Below are positions 46,401-55,700 of a DNA stretch of 64,000 bases, one piece after another (position 1 is the first letter of the stretch; every line of letters begins with the position of its first letter). The notes under the pieces are model-generated. The model saw only the letters and a program-made list of their open reading frames with translations. It was not told where the DNA came from and searched no databases. The translations under genes were made by a program, and so were the position numbers. Origin of the DNA: a virus (lineage: Duplodnaviria > Caudoviricetes); the IMG/VR virus record IMGVR_UViG_3300042892_000699. One strand, 5' to 3'.

Positions 46401-47098
46401 TAAACGCCAGTGGTTTCCTTGGCTTAGGAACAACACAAGTTCCATTAACATACTTAGACATTCGTCATAACAACACCGGCGTACAATCACCACAAGTATC
46501 TGGATTCACACTTCGCACTAACGAAAACAACGGTATGGAATGGCATTTACAACATTCCAACGGTTATCAGGGATGGGTCGCTGCTGCAAGAGTTAATAAC
46601 AACGGCAGTAGCTTTGGTCAAGGATTCTTAGAATTTATCACTGCTGGATCTAGCGGTGGTAACCAAGTAAGTGTAATGGCCTTGCACGGTAACGGTAACG
46701 TAAGTATCGGGTCTACAGCAGTTCCTGCATACAAGTTGTTTGTCAACGGAAGTTTTGCCGCAACAACTAAGAGCTTCGTAATCGACCATCCAACTAAAGA
46801 AGGTTACAAACTACGTTATGCTTCCCTAGAAGGACCTGAGAACGGTGTGTATGTACGTGGTAGACTAAAAGACAACAATGTCATTGAGTTACCAGAACAC
46901 TGGTTAGGACTTGTTGATGCAGACAGCATCACAGTTGACATTACACCTATCGGCAAACATCAAGTTCTGTATGTAGATGACATTGCAAATAACAGAGTTA
47001 TAATCGGCACCGAGTCTGATCAACCAGTAAATTGCTTCTACACAGTATGGGGCGAACGTAAAGACGTTGATAAACTTGTAGTTGAATATGAAGAATAA
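40424..47098 (+). CDS. Long tail fibre protein (2224 aa)
   Basis: Shaft repeats, many 'GNVGIG' knob-spacer motifs, C-terminal 'KSFVIDHP...LRYASLEGPENGVYVRG' domain. Confidence 0.82.
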   Translation: MAKLLTGTRIYGTGTVDTQLLVNGTEQATSTATGALEVVGGVGIGGSLFVGGIVTATNLVRLTNATEASTTNTGALTVAGGVGVGKDLRVGGTIYGTIVGTVVGTITTASNLGSGTIGQVPFQEAPGVTKFFGPGTDGQLLVSAGASSTGPVYTNTASIYVGRAALADDLSGGAVGSIPYQDAANSTVFLGLGTPGFVMLAGATAPVWVSTSTLSVGRANQSDSILMANEVADTNVNFITFASTTTGYTTLKGGAMSNLTYKPSTGFVGVGAGSPAYRLHVVESGNAVPVFLERSTSGDILQLYNQSGLTASESSLGFVHKDSATTPVSGSRIAGYASNLATGAVSGGIIFYSKNAGTEAESFRVNNLGNVGLGNNAPAYKLDITGGVRMTGITTSTNATASTSPTTGALQLAGGAGVQGNVNASGQFVSTQANNTATGSAQLYLNGVTGNRIDFNINGVAAPSVTPRSVGTKIVYYPGLSSTSVDYATGIETGALWTSVPNATDTFRWYGSTTLMASLSNSNLTLGGDLAVNGGDITSNATTFSIVNTTATTVNIAGAGTAITIGSNSAGTTTIRNVVAITTNTVSSAYTNGALVVTGGVGIAGDLRVNGTIFGSVSVSGITSTATNIAGGTAGQIPYQTGPGVTAYFGPGTAGDVLVSNGTSAPTYNNTLALAGTTAATNATSGALRVAGGVGINDNLFVTNNINAVSGQYVSTRANNTATGAGQILLNGASGNRIDFNQNGVAAPTFTTRSAGTKLVLYSDLSASSTDYALGIESGTLWSSVSTTARSFKWYGGTTLAATLSGTGNLTLVGDAAINGGDITTTQTTFNLVDATATTVNFAGAATALTMGAVSGTTTVRNNLTVAGNLTVQGTTTQVNSTVTNVSDPIFTLGTGPLGADPTADDNRDRGIAFKWHNGTNARTGFFGFDDSTGYFTFVSSATITNEVIAPAGGTTRGAIDANLAGGATGSLPYQSAANVSAFLPIGTAGQILGVSAGLPAWVASSSITVGTASQISMTNDNASTTPQFITFVSTSTGAATLKADAMEGLTFIPSSNFLGIGQGTPAYPLHINVPTGLASIGMSGTAANATTYKVMQGTTGVSNGGFSLYDVTNSATRFMIGSTGNVGIGTGTQDPTDRLHISNSGGTATLRVGDSAGIAAGIIVQRTNSGISSLAHYFLSSANSPWQHWGENLTWTGERAGTVNSTHAHRPYYEAYAPVVGYREFGFVNLTSGAFTSSNLVSNLTLKNDATTGINTTSPTRALHVVSTSWDNVTGAGAIFENNNSVGSGITLKPSASVVTNGSSGWAIYAGAAGAAIGDGNLGFWAHGDNQARMMITRAGSVGIGEASPGSYGRLAVRISSNTGVGAGGSSAIWLQNANGSNNNAATIFFGDNAAAAMGAINFVHADYANDYGEITFDTRGAGGYSEKVRITQAGRVGIATNAPNATLDVAGTVFISGITTVTNTTVTTSETSGAFQVRGGVGINGALFVGGLYTSPTQSLALTLGTESWVKLCTLVNRCAAKIQIGAGSNNSEEEAEIEIFGTYNLAGTQINVKRQTYNEHLREVRVTQATAGGPKIVYVRLRTTEFAPTINWRLFSSKGVTSLDNVVETPTTGESVIVDQANGYFTNVIAEFKNTTQATSTNTGALQVAGGAGIGGNLYVGANLVVSGTLTAGSVSGTTTTATNATNSIITNDNATATDQYVTFVNASSGANPIKVSATTGLIWKPNTVALGIGVSPSLGKLHVSGKGYFSTEVQANSAIMNSASVNGTNSAVFGSNSGAVPILITRNADPVGTDLYINGSGDVSIGSYSLSSKFGVSGPATATTVNSQSMVARLASSTGNQDYLEFSNVRGTAGSNWTTAGFRIQQKVDSTWMGYMQFNGTPSGTNDGGIIFGTGTTTVNANSIAERMRISGAGNVSIGTTASTTRLTVQAAGANGIALLQDTGAAANSGRLFFQASGGTYGILNTANVLQFSSGATIGSDSGTSRMVLNASGFLGLGTTQVPLTYLDIRHNNTGVQSPQVSGFTLRTNENNGMEWHLQHSNGYQGWVAAARVNNNGSSFGQGFLEFITAGSSGGNQVSVMALHGNGNVSIGSTAVPAYKLFVNGSFAATTKSFVIDHPTKEGYKLRYASLEGPENGVYVRGRLKDNNVIELPEHWLGLVDADSITVDITPIGKHQVLYVDDIANNRVIIGTESDQPVNCFYTVWGERKDVDKLVVEYEE

Positions 47099-47109
47099 CA
47101 GGAGTTCAA

Positions 47110-47844
47110 ATGGCAGTTTATTATGGTGGACGTTATACCAGCGTTTCTGAAATTAGAGGTCCGTCCGGCTTTTATAATCTTTACCTAGACGGGGAAAATG
47201 TACCTGTATATGTAGATCAAACTTATGATGGTGGAGGCTGGGTTTTAGTTATGGCAAACCGCATTAATACCGCGGGAATGAATAATCTAACCTACTACGA
47301 TGCTGTAAATTCTTGTAACTATAGAACAGGCGGCACCAGTAACGCCACTAACACTGTAGTCGATCCTCTGTCAAAACTATCCGGACTTGCTAACTATAAT
47401 GCTTGGATAGGACTAAGATACTGGAAAAAATTATCCGGAAGAGTAACTGCTGGAAGAATTACTGCGGTTCAATTTGTAAGCACTACGGCGGGAACTGCGT
47501 TAAGCAACACTGGCGCACATACAAAAAGATATCGATGGAGCAGTGCAGGGTTTAATTCTACTTATGGATTTACATCTCCGATAGGTATTTCTCAAGAAGC
47601 TGGATCGGGAGCACCTGGATTTTATGCTAGCCACGTAGCACCTGGAAACAGTTTAACTACCTACGATCGAGATCAAGACACACTCGGCGGAAACTGCTCC
47701 ACATTTTACAATAATAATCCTTGGTGGTACGGTGCTTGCTGGAGTGGAAACTATTTTGGTGGTGGCAGCGGATATGCAGATGCTGCCTTCTGGGACAGTT
47801 CTACTACAGATTTCCATAACTACGGAGCAGTGTACATAAAATGA
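47110..47844 (+). CDS. Fibrinogen C-terminal (FReD)-like lectin protein
   Basis: 'SGFY.L......VPVYVD...DGGGWVLV' and 'LTTYDRDQD..GGNC......PWWYGAC...NYFG' match the fibrinogen-C pattern; AGGAG SD. Confidence 0.75.
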   Translation: MAVYYGGRYTSVSEIRGPSGFYNLYLDGENVPVYVDQTYDGGGWVLVMANRINTAGMNNLTYYDAVNSCNYRTGGTSNATNTVVDPLSKLSGLANYNAWIGLRYWKKLSGRVTAGRITAVQFVSTTAGTALSNTGAHTKRYRWSSAGFNSTYGFTSPIGISQEAGSGAPGFYASHVAPGNSLTTYDRDQDTLGGNCSTFYNNNPWWYGACWSGNYFGGGSGYADAAFWDSSTTDFHNYGAVYIK

Positions 47845-48056
47845 ACATTCGAAAAAAACCTATGATCCTTATTTTTGAAAATAATGGATCTACATGGAGC
47901 AGAATACTCAAAGATCAGCGAGGAAATATTCTATACGAATACCGCAATCAGCTTCTTCTGCCCGAGCACATGAACGCAGAATATTTTGACAACTGGGAAA
48001 ATCAAATGCGTAAGATTCCGCAATTTAATATTGTGGACTGCGTAAGATTTATGTAA
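47841..48056 (+). CDS. Hypothetical small protein
   Basis: 71-aa ORF overlapping or abutting both neighbours (coupled operon). Confidence 0.55.
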   Translation: MNIRKKPMILIFENNGSTWSRILKDQRGNILYEYRNQLLLPEHMNAEYFDNWENQMRKIPQFNIVDCVRFM

Positions 48057-49220
48057 ATGGCATTATCATCCTTTCCTACTATAGTAACAAGAGATTTAGT
48101 TTTTTGTTACGATATGAACAACACTGGAAAGTCGTGGTTAGGTGCTCCTACGATCAATCGTGTGGCTCCTGCGTGGATAAGTTGGGGAATCGATGGTTCA
48201 GGCACAGTAAACATAGGAACTAGAACAATTTTAAGTGACTGGCATTGTAGAATAAATGACTATAATCACAATACTCGACAATCAATTTATGTAACCGGAT
48301 TATCTGGAAGCATAACTTATACATTTTCAGTAAAATTTAAAAAACTAGAAGGTGCTCCAACACTGCGGTTTCAACTACAGTCTTATAATGGCGGCACATT
48401 TTTAGGCTCAGTGTTTCCTACTACAGTTCAATTGGGACTAACTGATAAAGAAGGTTGGCAAACTGCATTTTTCTCTTACACAACTTCAGCAGGTGCTGAT
48501 CGAGTGTTATGGTTCATGCAAGACGGGGATGATTATGTCACCTACACTCATTCTTTCGAACTCAAAGAACCGCAGTGTGAACAACAATCTTTTGTTACAC
48601 CTTTTGTATCAGGAACAAGATCAAATACGCAGGCCATTGTAGATCTTACCGGTAATAATATCATCACCGCAACCTCACTAACTTACAATAGCGGCGGTAC
48701 GTTTAGTTTTGTTAGGGCTAATTCAAATTATATAAACATTTCTGCAAACACAAACACCCGTTTTCAAAATAGTCAGCAAACATGGTCGGCCTGGATAAAC
48801 ATTGCAAGCTTCGGACCCAACGGATATAGCGAACTTTATAATAACGGCGGAAATCTAGGTGCTTCAATACAATGGCGAGCAAATGCAATTGGTTTTTTTA
48901 TATATAATGGTGCATATTTAGACTATGCAGTTTCAGTAACAAATGCACTGAATACCTGGATGAACATAACTTGTGTTATAGATAATGTTGCAAGAGTTAT
49001 GCTTGTATACAAGAATGGTGCATTGGTAGGAACAAGTCCGCAATGGGCAACATATACGCTACCTAACGGCAGCGTACATATTGGTGGGAACTTTGCAACA
49101 GGAAATGGTGGAGATGTTACTCAAGGCAACATTCCCACTGTTCAACTTTATAATCGAGCATTGAGTGCAGTTGAAATTAAACAAAATTTTAACGCACATC
49201 GAGGAAGGTATAATTTATAA
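48057..49220 (+). CDS. Lectin-like protein 1 (CBM-like middle plus LamG/ConA-like C-terminus)
   Basis: 'LVFCYDMNNTGKSWLGAPT'; C-terminal 'WMNITCV...VYKNG...VHIGG....QGNIPTVQLYNRALS..EI.QNFNA.RGRY'. Confidence 0.75.
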   Translation: MALSSFPTIVTRDLVFCYDMNNTGKSWLGAPTINRVAPAWISWGIDGSGTVNIGTRTILSDWHCRINDYNHNTRQSIYVTGLSGSITYTFSVKFKKLEGAPTLRFQLQSYNGGTFLGSVFPTTVQLGLTDKEGWQTAFFSYTTSAGADRVLWFMQDGDDYVTYTHSFELKEPQCEQQSFVTPFVSGTRSNTQAIVDLTGNNIITATSLTYNSGGTFSFVRANSNYINISANTNTRFQNSQQTWSAWINIASFGPNGYSELYNNGGNLGASIQWRANAIGFFIYNGAYLDYAVSVTNALNTWMNITCVIDNVARVMLVYKNGALVGTSPQWATYTLPNGSVHIGGNFATGNGGDVTQGNIPTVQLYNRALSAVEIKQNFNAHRGRYNL

Positions 49221-49221
49221 T

Positions 49222-50385
49222 ATGGCAATAGGACATTCTGCATCAGTTGTTGCTTCTGACCTAGTGTTTTACTACGACATGTTAAATCCTAAGTCGTGGT
49301 TAGGTGCTCCTACGACTAATCGTTGTAGCGCAAACACTATTCATACCAACTGGAATAACAGCGGAACAGCAACATGGATAAACGACGATCCTTATATTCC
49401 TAGGCTATATCCGGATATTATAACAGTGTCTATGACAAAAGACACTGTAGGGAACAGCCACATTGCTCTCGGTTATGCAACATTGGCAGCAAATACAGTT
49501 TATACAGTAAGCGTACACGTTTATATTCCCAGTAATACAACTACATTGGCCAGCAGTCAACCATACATAAGACCGTTTCCTGGAAACTTTAATGCAGCAA
49601 ATTTAGAATACAACGGCAGTAGTGACTGGAATATTTGGCCTAAAGATAGATGGATCAGAATTAGTAAAACATTTACCAACTCTGCAACAGATACTGAAAT
49701 GTATATTTCCTGTTACTTAGATAATGCAGGCAGCAAAATTGCATTTACTGCACCTATGGTTGAAGCTAACTCTTTTGCTACACCTTATACTCCTGTCAGT
49801 ACTTCGAGATCAAATACGCAGGTAATAACAGATTTAATGAATCGAAGAACAATTACTGCAACCAATTTAACTTATAACAGTAATAATACTTTTAGTTTTA
49901 ACGGGTCGACTAATAATATTGTTACAAACTCATTTACTTCATCGTTAGATTTTACAATCAGCATCTGGGTAAGGATGACTTCTGGTCTAGTGGCACAACA
50001 ACGTCTTGTATCTTCCGATTCGGCAGGAACTTTTACAATTTACTGGTCAGGCAGCGACTTTGGATTTCATTACAATCCGTTAGACGCATCGCCACCGTCG
50101 ACTGCTACTGCGGCCACAGGGTTAAGTTACTCTATAAATAGTTGGTATAATTTAACAGCAACAAATAATGCAACGGCAGGCACTAGATTTTATGTCAATG
50201 GTGTTCTACGAGCAGTTGGAGAAACAAGTGTTCCTCTTGCAGGAAATATAACTTTTGGTTCAGACCGTACAAATTCATTACATGCTGCTGCACAAATTCC
50301 AGTCGCACTGATTTATAATAGAGTACTAACCGCTGACGAAGTTAATAAAAACTTTAATGCACTAAGAGGAAGATATTCAGTATGA
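49222..50385 (+). CDS. Lectin-like protein 2 (paralogue)
   Basis: Same constant N- and C-termini. Start at 49222 (MAIGHS) avoids overlap with gene 1. Confidence 0.75.
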   Translation: MAIGHSASVVASDLVFYYDMLNPKSWLGAPTTNRCSANTIHTNWNNSGTATWINDDPYIPRLYPDIITVSMTKDTVGNSHIALGYATLAANTVYTVSVHVYIPSNTTTLASSQPYIRPFPGNFNAANLEYNGSSDWNIWPKDRWIRISKTFTNSATDTEMYISCYLDNAGSKIAFTAPMVEANSFATPYTPVSTSRSNTQVITDLMNRRTITATNLTYNSNNTFSFNGSTNNIVTNSFTSSLDFTISIWVRMTSGLVAQQRLVSSDSAGTFTIYWSGSDFGFHYNPLDASPPSTATAATGLSYSINSWYNLTATNNATAGTRFYVNGVLRAVGETSVPLAGNITFGSDRTNSLHAAAQIPVALIYNRVLTADEVNKNFNALRGRYSV

Positions 50386-51596
50386 GTGTGAGAGCAAATC
50401 CTTACATCGAAACTAATGGTTTGGTATTTTGTTATGATATGAATAACACTAAATCATGGCAAGGTGCTCCTACGACTAATCAGTTTACGTTGCCCACGGC
50501 AGATGTAAACGGTTTTGGAGTTCAAAATAGTACATTTACTAGAATTCGAACTGGAATGTATGGCGGATACGATATTAAGCCAACTGACTACGTTTGGAGA
50601 TATAATATCTCTGGTAACGATTGTCCGTATCATGGGTGGGATATCCCAACACCTAGCGGATCCGTAGTTACATTTTCTTTCGATTACTTTGTAGATTTAT
50701 CCTGTGTTAACTATCCGTCTAATAACTATCTAGCAAATTTTGAAAATGCAGGCAGTGGCGTAGGTGGCGCTTATGGAGACCCTACCCCCTCAATTAAAGG
50801 AGTTTGGAAAAGAGCCTATTTCACTTCAACTGCAACCGCAACAGGTAATTCTAGATGCCTGCTGTATCCGGGAGCATGTGGAACAAGATTAGCAGATTCT
50901 GGGTTTATACTTTATAAAAATCCACAGGTTGAATTTAATGCTCCAGGGGGAATTCCTACGCCGTTTGTTGCAGGCTCTCGGTCGGCTACACAGGCAGTTT
51001 TAGATCTTACCAACAACAATGTTGTTACTGTAAATGCATTAACTTATAACAGCGACGGTACTTTTAGCATTAATAACATTGCAGCATCGTCTTTAAGTAT
51101 TCCAGATTCTTCTATTACAAGACCTACCTCACTAACAATATCAGCATGGGTAAGGATGAATGTCTACAATCCGTTAAATGATTTTGATGGATCATATCCT
51201 ACCATTGCATGGAAATGTAATTCAGATAATTCAGGCGGCGGCGGGTCTTATGGATTGAGCCTCGCAGCTCCTAATCCTAGATTTGCAGTTTCTTCTACAC
51301 AATTAATCAGTGCGTCACCGTTAACATATGGTGTTTGGGTAAACCTTGTTGGAACGTATTCTGCAGGCGGAGCAATGGTGCTTTATAGGAATGGAGTAGT
51401 AGATGCTAGCACAACGGGGCCTGCGTCAATTCCTTATTCTGCACAAGTATTTTCAGTAGGATCTAGGATATTCAGTGGAGTATATCAGTATCCGTGGAAT
51501 GGCAGCATTGGATTAGTGAAACTTTACAACCGAGCATTGACCTCGTCAGAAGTTCGTCAGAACTTTAATTCAATTAAAGGGAGGTATGGACTATGA
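50382..51596 (+). CDS. Lectin-like protein 3 (paralogue)
   Basis: Same architecture; ATGA overlap. Confidence 0.75.
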   Translation: MSVRANPYIETNGLVFCYDMNNTKSWQGAPTTNQFTLPTADVNGFGVQNSTFTRIRTGMYGGYDIKPTDYVWRYNISGNDCPYHGWDIPTPSGSVVTFSFDYFVDLSCVNYPSNNYLANFENAGSGVGGAYGDPTPSIKGVWKRAYFTSTATATGNSRCLLYPGACGTRLADSGFILYKNPQVEFNAPGGIPTPFVAGSRSATQAVLDLTNNNVVTVNALTYNSDGTFSINNIAASSLSIPDSSITRPTSLTISAWVRMNVYNPLNDFDGSYPTIAWKCNSDNSGGGGSYGLSLAAPNPRFAVSSTQLISASPLTYGVWVNLVGTYSAGGAMVLYRNGVVDASTTGPASIPYSAQVFSVGSRIFSGVYQYPWNGSIGLVKLYNRALTSSEVRQNFNSIKGRYGL

Positions 51597-52738
51597 GTGT
51601 GTCAAGCGGCCCGTTATTAACTACTAACGGATTGGTGTTTTACTACGATATGACAAATACACAAAAGTCGTGGCAAGGTGCTCCTACGACTAATGTACTT
51701 ACAAACACTAATCTAGACACAGGATGGAGTCAAGGTTATAATACAAGTATTATTATAGGTGATACTTCAGCTGGGTCTCCCCCGGGAGTCGAATCTCAAG
51801 TAGTGTCGTTTATCGACTCGGATAATAATGGCTCGGGTTATTGGTATTCCTACGGTAACTTTGCTCCTCAAGCAGACAGCACTACGTACTCTGTATCTGT
51901 ATGGGCAAGGACTGTAGGAGCTGATTGGGTTATACAACCCTATACCGCAGATAATTCCGAAGCAAATCGAGTTTGGTTAACAGCTAAAACAGTAACAGGT
52001 AATGGTGTTTGGCAAAGATTAGAATGGCCTAATGCATTTACTACAGGGGTTGGATGGGACTCGGACTCGTTAAGTTTTCAATTTAATTCAATACCTGCAG
52101 GACAACGATGCTGGTTGTGCGCACCGCAAATGGAACCTTTAAGTTATTGCACACCGTTTGTAAATGGAACAAGATCTAGTTCACAGGCATTGTTAGATCT
52201 AACAGGTAGGAATACTCTTACTGCGGCAAACATGGTATATTCTAACAATATATTCACGTTTAACGGCGGTACTTCTTGCTTTGATCTTAATAATAACGCT
52301 CTAATATCGGGTACACAAGACTTTACAATCGAAGCAGTGTACTATACTTCTGCAACAGACACTGCTGGGAGAGAAATTATAGGAAACTATGGCACAGGTG
52401 CTACTGCTAATACTCTATGGTTTGCCACCCACGGTCTGTGGATCAACGGAGCAACTCCGTATCACGCAGGCAGTCCACTAAGAAACGGCACATATTATAC
52501 AGCGGCAACTCGCTTGGGCAGTGCAACTTCTTTATATAAAAACGGTGCTTTGGAACTAACAGGAACAAACTCTACTTCCATTGCAGTAGGACAAAACTGG
52601 CGTATAGGTAAAGATGTAGGTGGTGACGGAGAACCTTTTTTGGGCAATATCTACATGGTAAGAGTCTACAATCGGGCACTTAATGCAGGTGAAATTTATC
52701 AAAACTACAATGCTGTACGCACTAGGTACGGTATATAA
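51593..52738 (+). CDS. Lectin-like protein 4 (paralogue)
   Basis: Same architecture; ATGA overlap. Confidence 0.75.
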   Translation: MSVSSGPLLTTNGLVFYYDMTNTQKSWQGAPTTNVLTNTNLDTGWSQGYNTSIIIGDTSAGSPPGVESQVVSFIDSDNNGSGYWYSYGNFAPQADSTTYSVSVWARTVGADWVIQPYTADNSEANRVWLTAKTVTGNGVWQRLEWPNAFTTGVGWDSDSLSFQFNSIPAGQRCWLCAPQMEPLSYCTPFVNGTRSSSQALLDLTGRNTLTAANMVYSNNIFTFNGGTSCFDLNNNALISGTQDFTIEAVYYTSATDTAGREIIGNYGTGATANTLWFATHGLWINGATPYHAGSPLRNGTYYTAATRLGSATSLYKNGALELTGTNSTSIAVGQNWRIGKDVGGDGEPFLGNIYMVRVYNRALNAGEIYQNYNAVRTRYGI

Positions 52739-52793
52739 CAAGAATACACTAAAATAGTTTAACGATAAATATAAGATCGGAATACGTTAAACT

Positions 52794-55700
52794 ATGGCAC
52801 TATCAGACCGCGACATTATTATTACGCCCAACAGAGGCGCAAGTTCAGAACCTATAATCAGCCTTAGAGGCGGAGATGCATCGTCTAGTGCAACTATGAC
52901 GATGCGAATAGTTAATTCCGGAACTGTTTCAACACTGAGTTTTGAAGGTACATCGGGGCAGCTGTTTGCTGTATCTGATACATTTGCTGGAACTATATTT
53001 TCAGCGAACGATATTTCAGGAATTCCCAGCATCGAAGTATTAGACAACGGTGCAGTAAAACTAGCAGAATACAACGGTCAAGTACAGATCGGCGGCGCAA
53101 CTAATGCAAGTAATGCAACTTCTACAGCAACTGGTGAACTGAGAGTAGTAGGCGGCGCAGGTGTATGGAAAGATCTAGTTGTTGGCGGAAGTATTACCGT
53201 AGCAGGATCAATAAATGCTGCTTCAATATCTGGTACAGTTACTAATTCAACTAACGTCACTGTTACTAACGACACAACAAACGCCAGTACACACTATCTT
53301 ACCATGGTGTCGGGCACTAGTGGAAACTTACCTATCAAAGTTGACGGTACTGGTTTAGTATGGATTCCTAGTACAAACAGATTAGGAGTTGCAAACACTA
53401 CACCTAGTTTTTCTCTTGATGTAGGTCCTCAAACTGGTCCGCTACAAACTGTGGCTAGATTTGGTAATCCTGGAAGTGATATCCTTATAACTCATGCCAG
53501 TGCTATTATCAGTCATAATGCTTATTACAACGGTGCCTGGCTAAGGTCTGCTGCCGGTTACGCAAGTCAGGTTGAATTACAAAACGGTCTATTCAACTTC
53601 CAAACAACTCCGACTACTGCCGCAGCCGGAAGTAGTATTACTGACTGGACTTCAAGATTGATGATTTTAAACAACGGCGACGTTGGTATAGGAACAGCAA
53701 GTCCGGCAGCAACTCTGCACATTGTTAGATCTTCAAATCCCTATACTAGAATACAAACAGGCGGTGGATCATATTCGTATCTACAATTAGATGACGGTAG
53801 TTCGAACGGATACTTGATTAAAAACGTTTCTGCCGGTACAGGAAATAATGCTCTTCCAGGAGCACTGTATACATACACTGACAACAGTAAGGCATTTCAA
53901 CATATTCATAGCGGAACCCCATTGTTTACAATCCTATCTACGGGGTTTGTAGGTATCGGAACAACAGCACCTGCATATAAATTTAGTGTAAACACAGCGG
54001 CTGACGTGTGGCATGCACAGTTTGGTACCAGTGGTGGTAAGCAGGTAAGAATTGGCGGCAGTACAACTAACGGTAGCGTTATTGGCGCATACAACACCGA
54101 CGATAACTCTAGCCCAGCAAGTTTATTACTACAGAGAGATGGCGGTAACGTAGGTATCGGTATAGCAGCCCCTAGTGTAAAATTACATGTTGTTGGTTCA
54201 AGTATTTTGTCAAACAATACCGGTATCGACCCTGATGCATATACCAACACAGTGGTAGCAGGAGCAATTGCCGACGGCAGTGGTTGGGGAGTAAGCTCTG
54301 CAATTGGCGGAAATGCAGGCACCGGTGATTCATGGGCGATTGGTCATAATGGTAATTACCTATATTATGGTGTAGGTAACGGTGCAGCAGATAATACATT
54401 TGCAACCTATATGGTTACTGGAGGAACTGGAAGGCACCTGTGGCTAACTCCGGCTTCGGGAGGTAGTGTTGGTATCGGAGTTGCAGAAGGTACAACTCCC
54501 GGTCGTAAGTTAGATGTAAACGGCACTACTAACATCAGCAGTCACATTACACAAGGTACTTTAGTTTCTAGACCGAACGTAACATGGGGTGCAAGTGGAT
54601 CTAGTACCGGTGCAGTGGTTATTAAGTTCCCTGGCGGAACCGGCAACTACGGTATGGTCCATGTGGTTATTGACATCTATACATATGACGGTGAACATGC
54701 AAGTACTGTAATTGTAGGTGGACACAACTGGAACAGTGCATGGTATAATTTTGGAGCTACATTAGTAGGTAGTTATAGTAAGGGTGTGCGTGTTGCATTC
54801 AAAGACGGTCAGTATGCAATTGTCTTGGGTAATAATACCAGCACATGGAGTTATGGTCAGGTAATAGTTAGAAAAATTCAAAACGGTAGTTACTATAGTG
54901 GTGTTATGGATCTTGGTGGTACCTATAGTATTGCACAGGATGCATCAGCTGAATCGTATACTTATATTTCAGGCAATTTAATTACAGCAGGAGCAGGGTC
55001 TAGCGGAGGTTGGAATTCTAGTAATGATGGTTCCGGATCTGGTCTAGATGCTGACTTGTTAGACGGTATTGATAGTTCTAGTTTTGTTAGAGACGATGCA
55101 ACATCTAACGGTTACATTGATTTAAACGGTGGTACACAAAATTCACCAACTGACGCTACTATATACGCAACTGCTACTAATAACAACGACTGGTTATTAA
55201 GACTTAATGCACAGAACTCAAGTAAAACTGAATATGGTGCTTATGTTCAAATACCGAGTGCTGCAACTTATGCGTGGGCAGTTTATTCGGATAGTAACAC
55301 ATGGAACTGGCGAATTAACGGAGCAGGACAATCGTTCTCCCCTATCTATTACGATGTCAACGACACTGCCCGATTTATGGACATGAACGGCAACAATACA
55401 AGTCAGATAGGTAATTTGAGATTAAATGGTGACTGGTCTACAGGATCGCACGCTGAACAGTTAACTGTTCGAGGAACTTATGCTAGTATGTGTTTAAGAG
55501 CCACTAATGGTAATCAACCCTATTGGTTATTCCATAATGACTCTACCTCGGCCTTGTTATTTTATGGAGGCCGAGGTGCTGTAGATGGAAGTTCCTGGGA
55601 TTGGGGATTTAGGATTTATGGAGCGTCTGATGGTCTTTATGGAGAAGGTCGTAACAGCCTGCGAGCACCTATATTCTACGATACCAATGATACTAATTAT

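Noticed and set aside
48057-52738. Diversity-generating retroelement or invertase shufflon
   Set aside because: No reverse transcriptase or recombinase in the window, no template/variable pair with adenine-only mismatches seen, and all copies are direct, not inverted.
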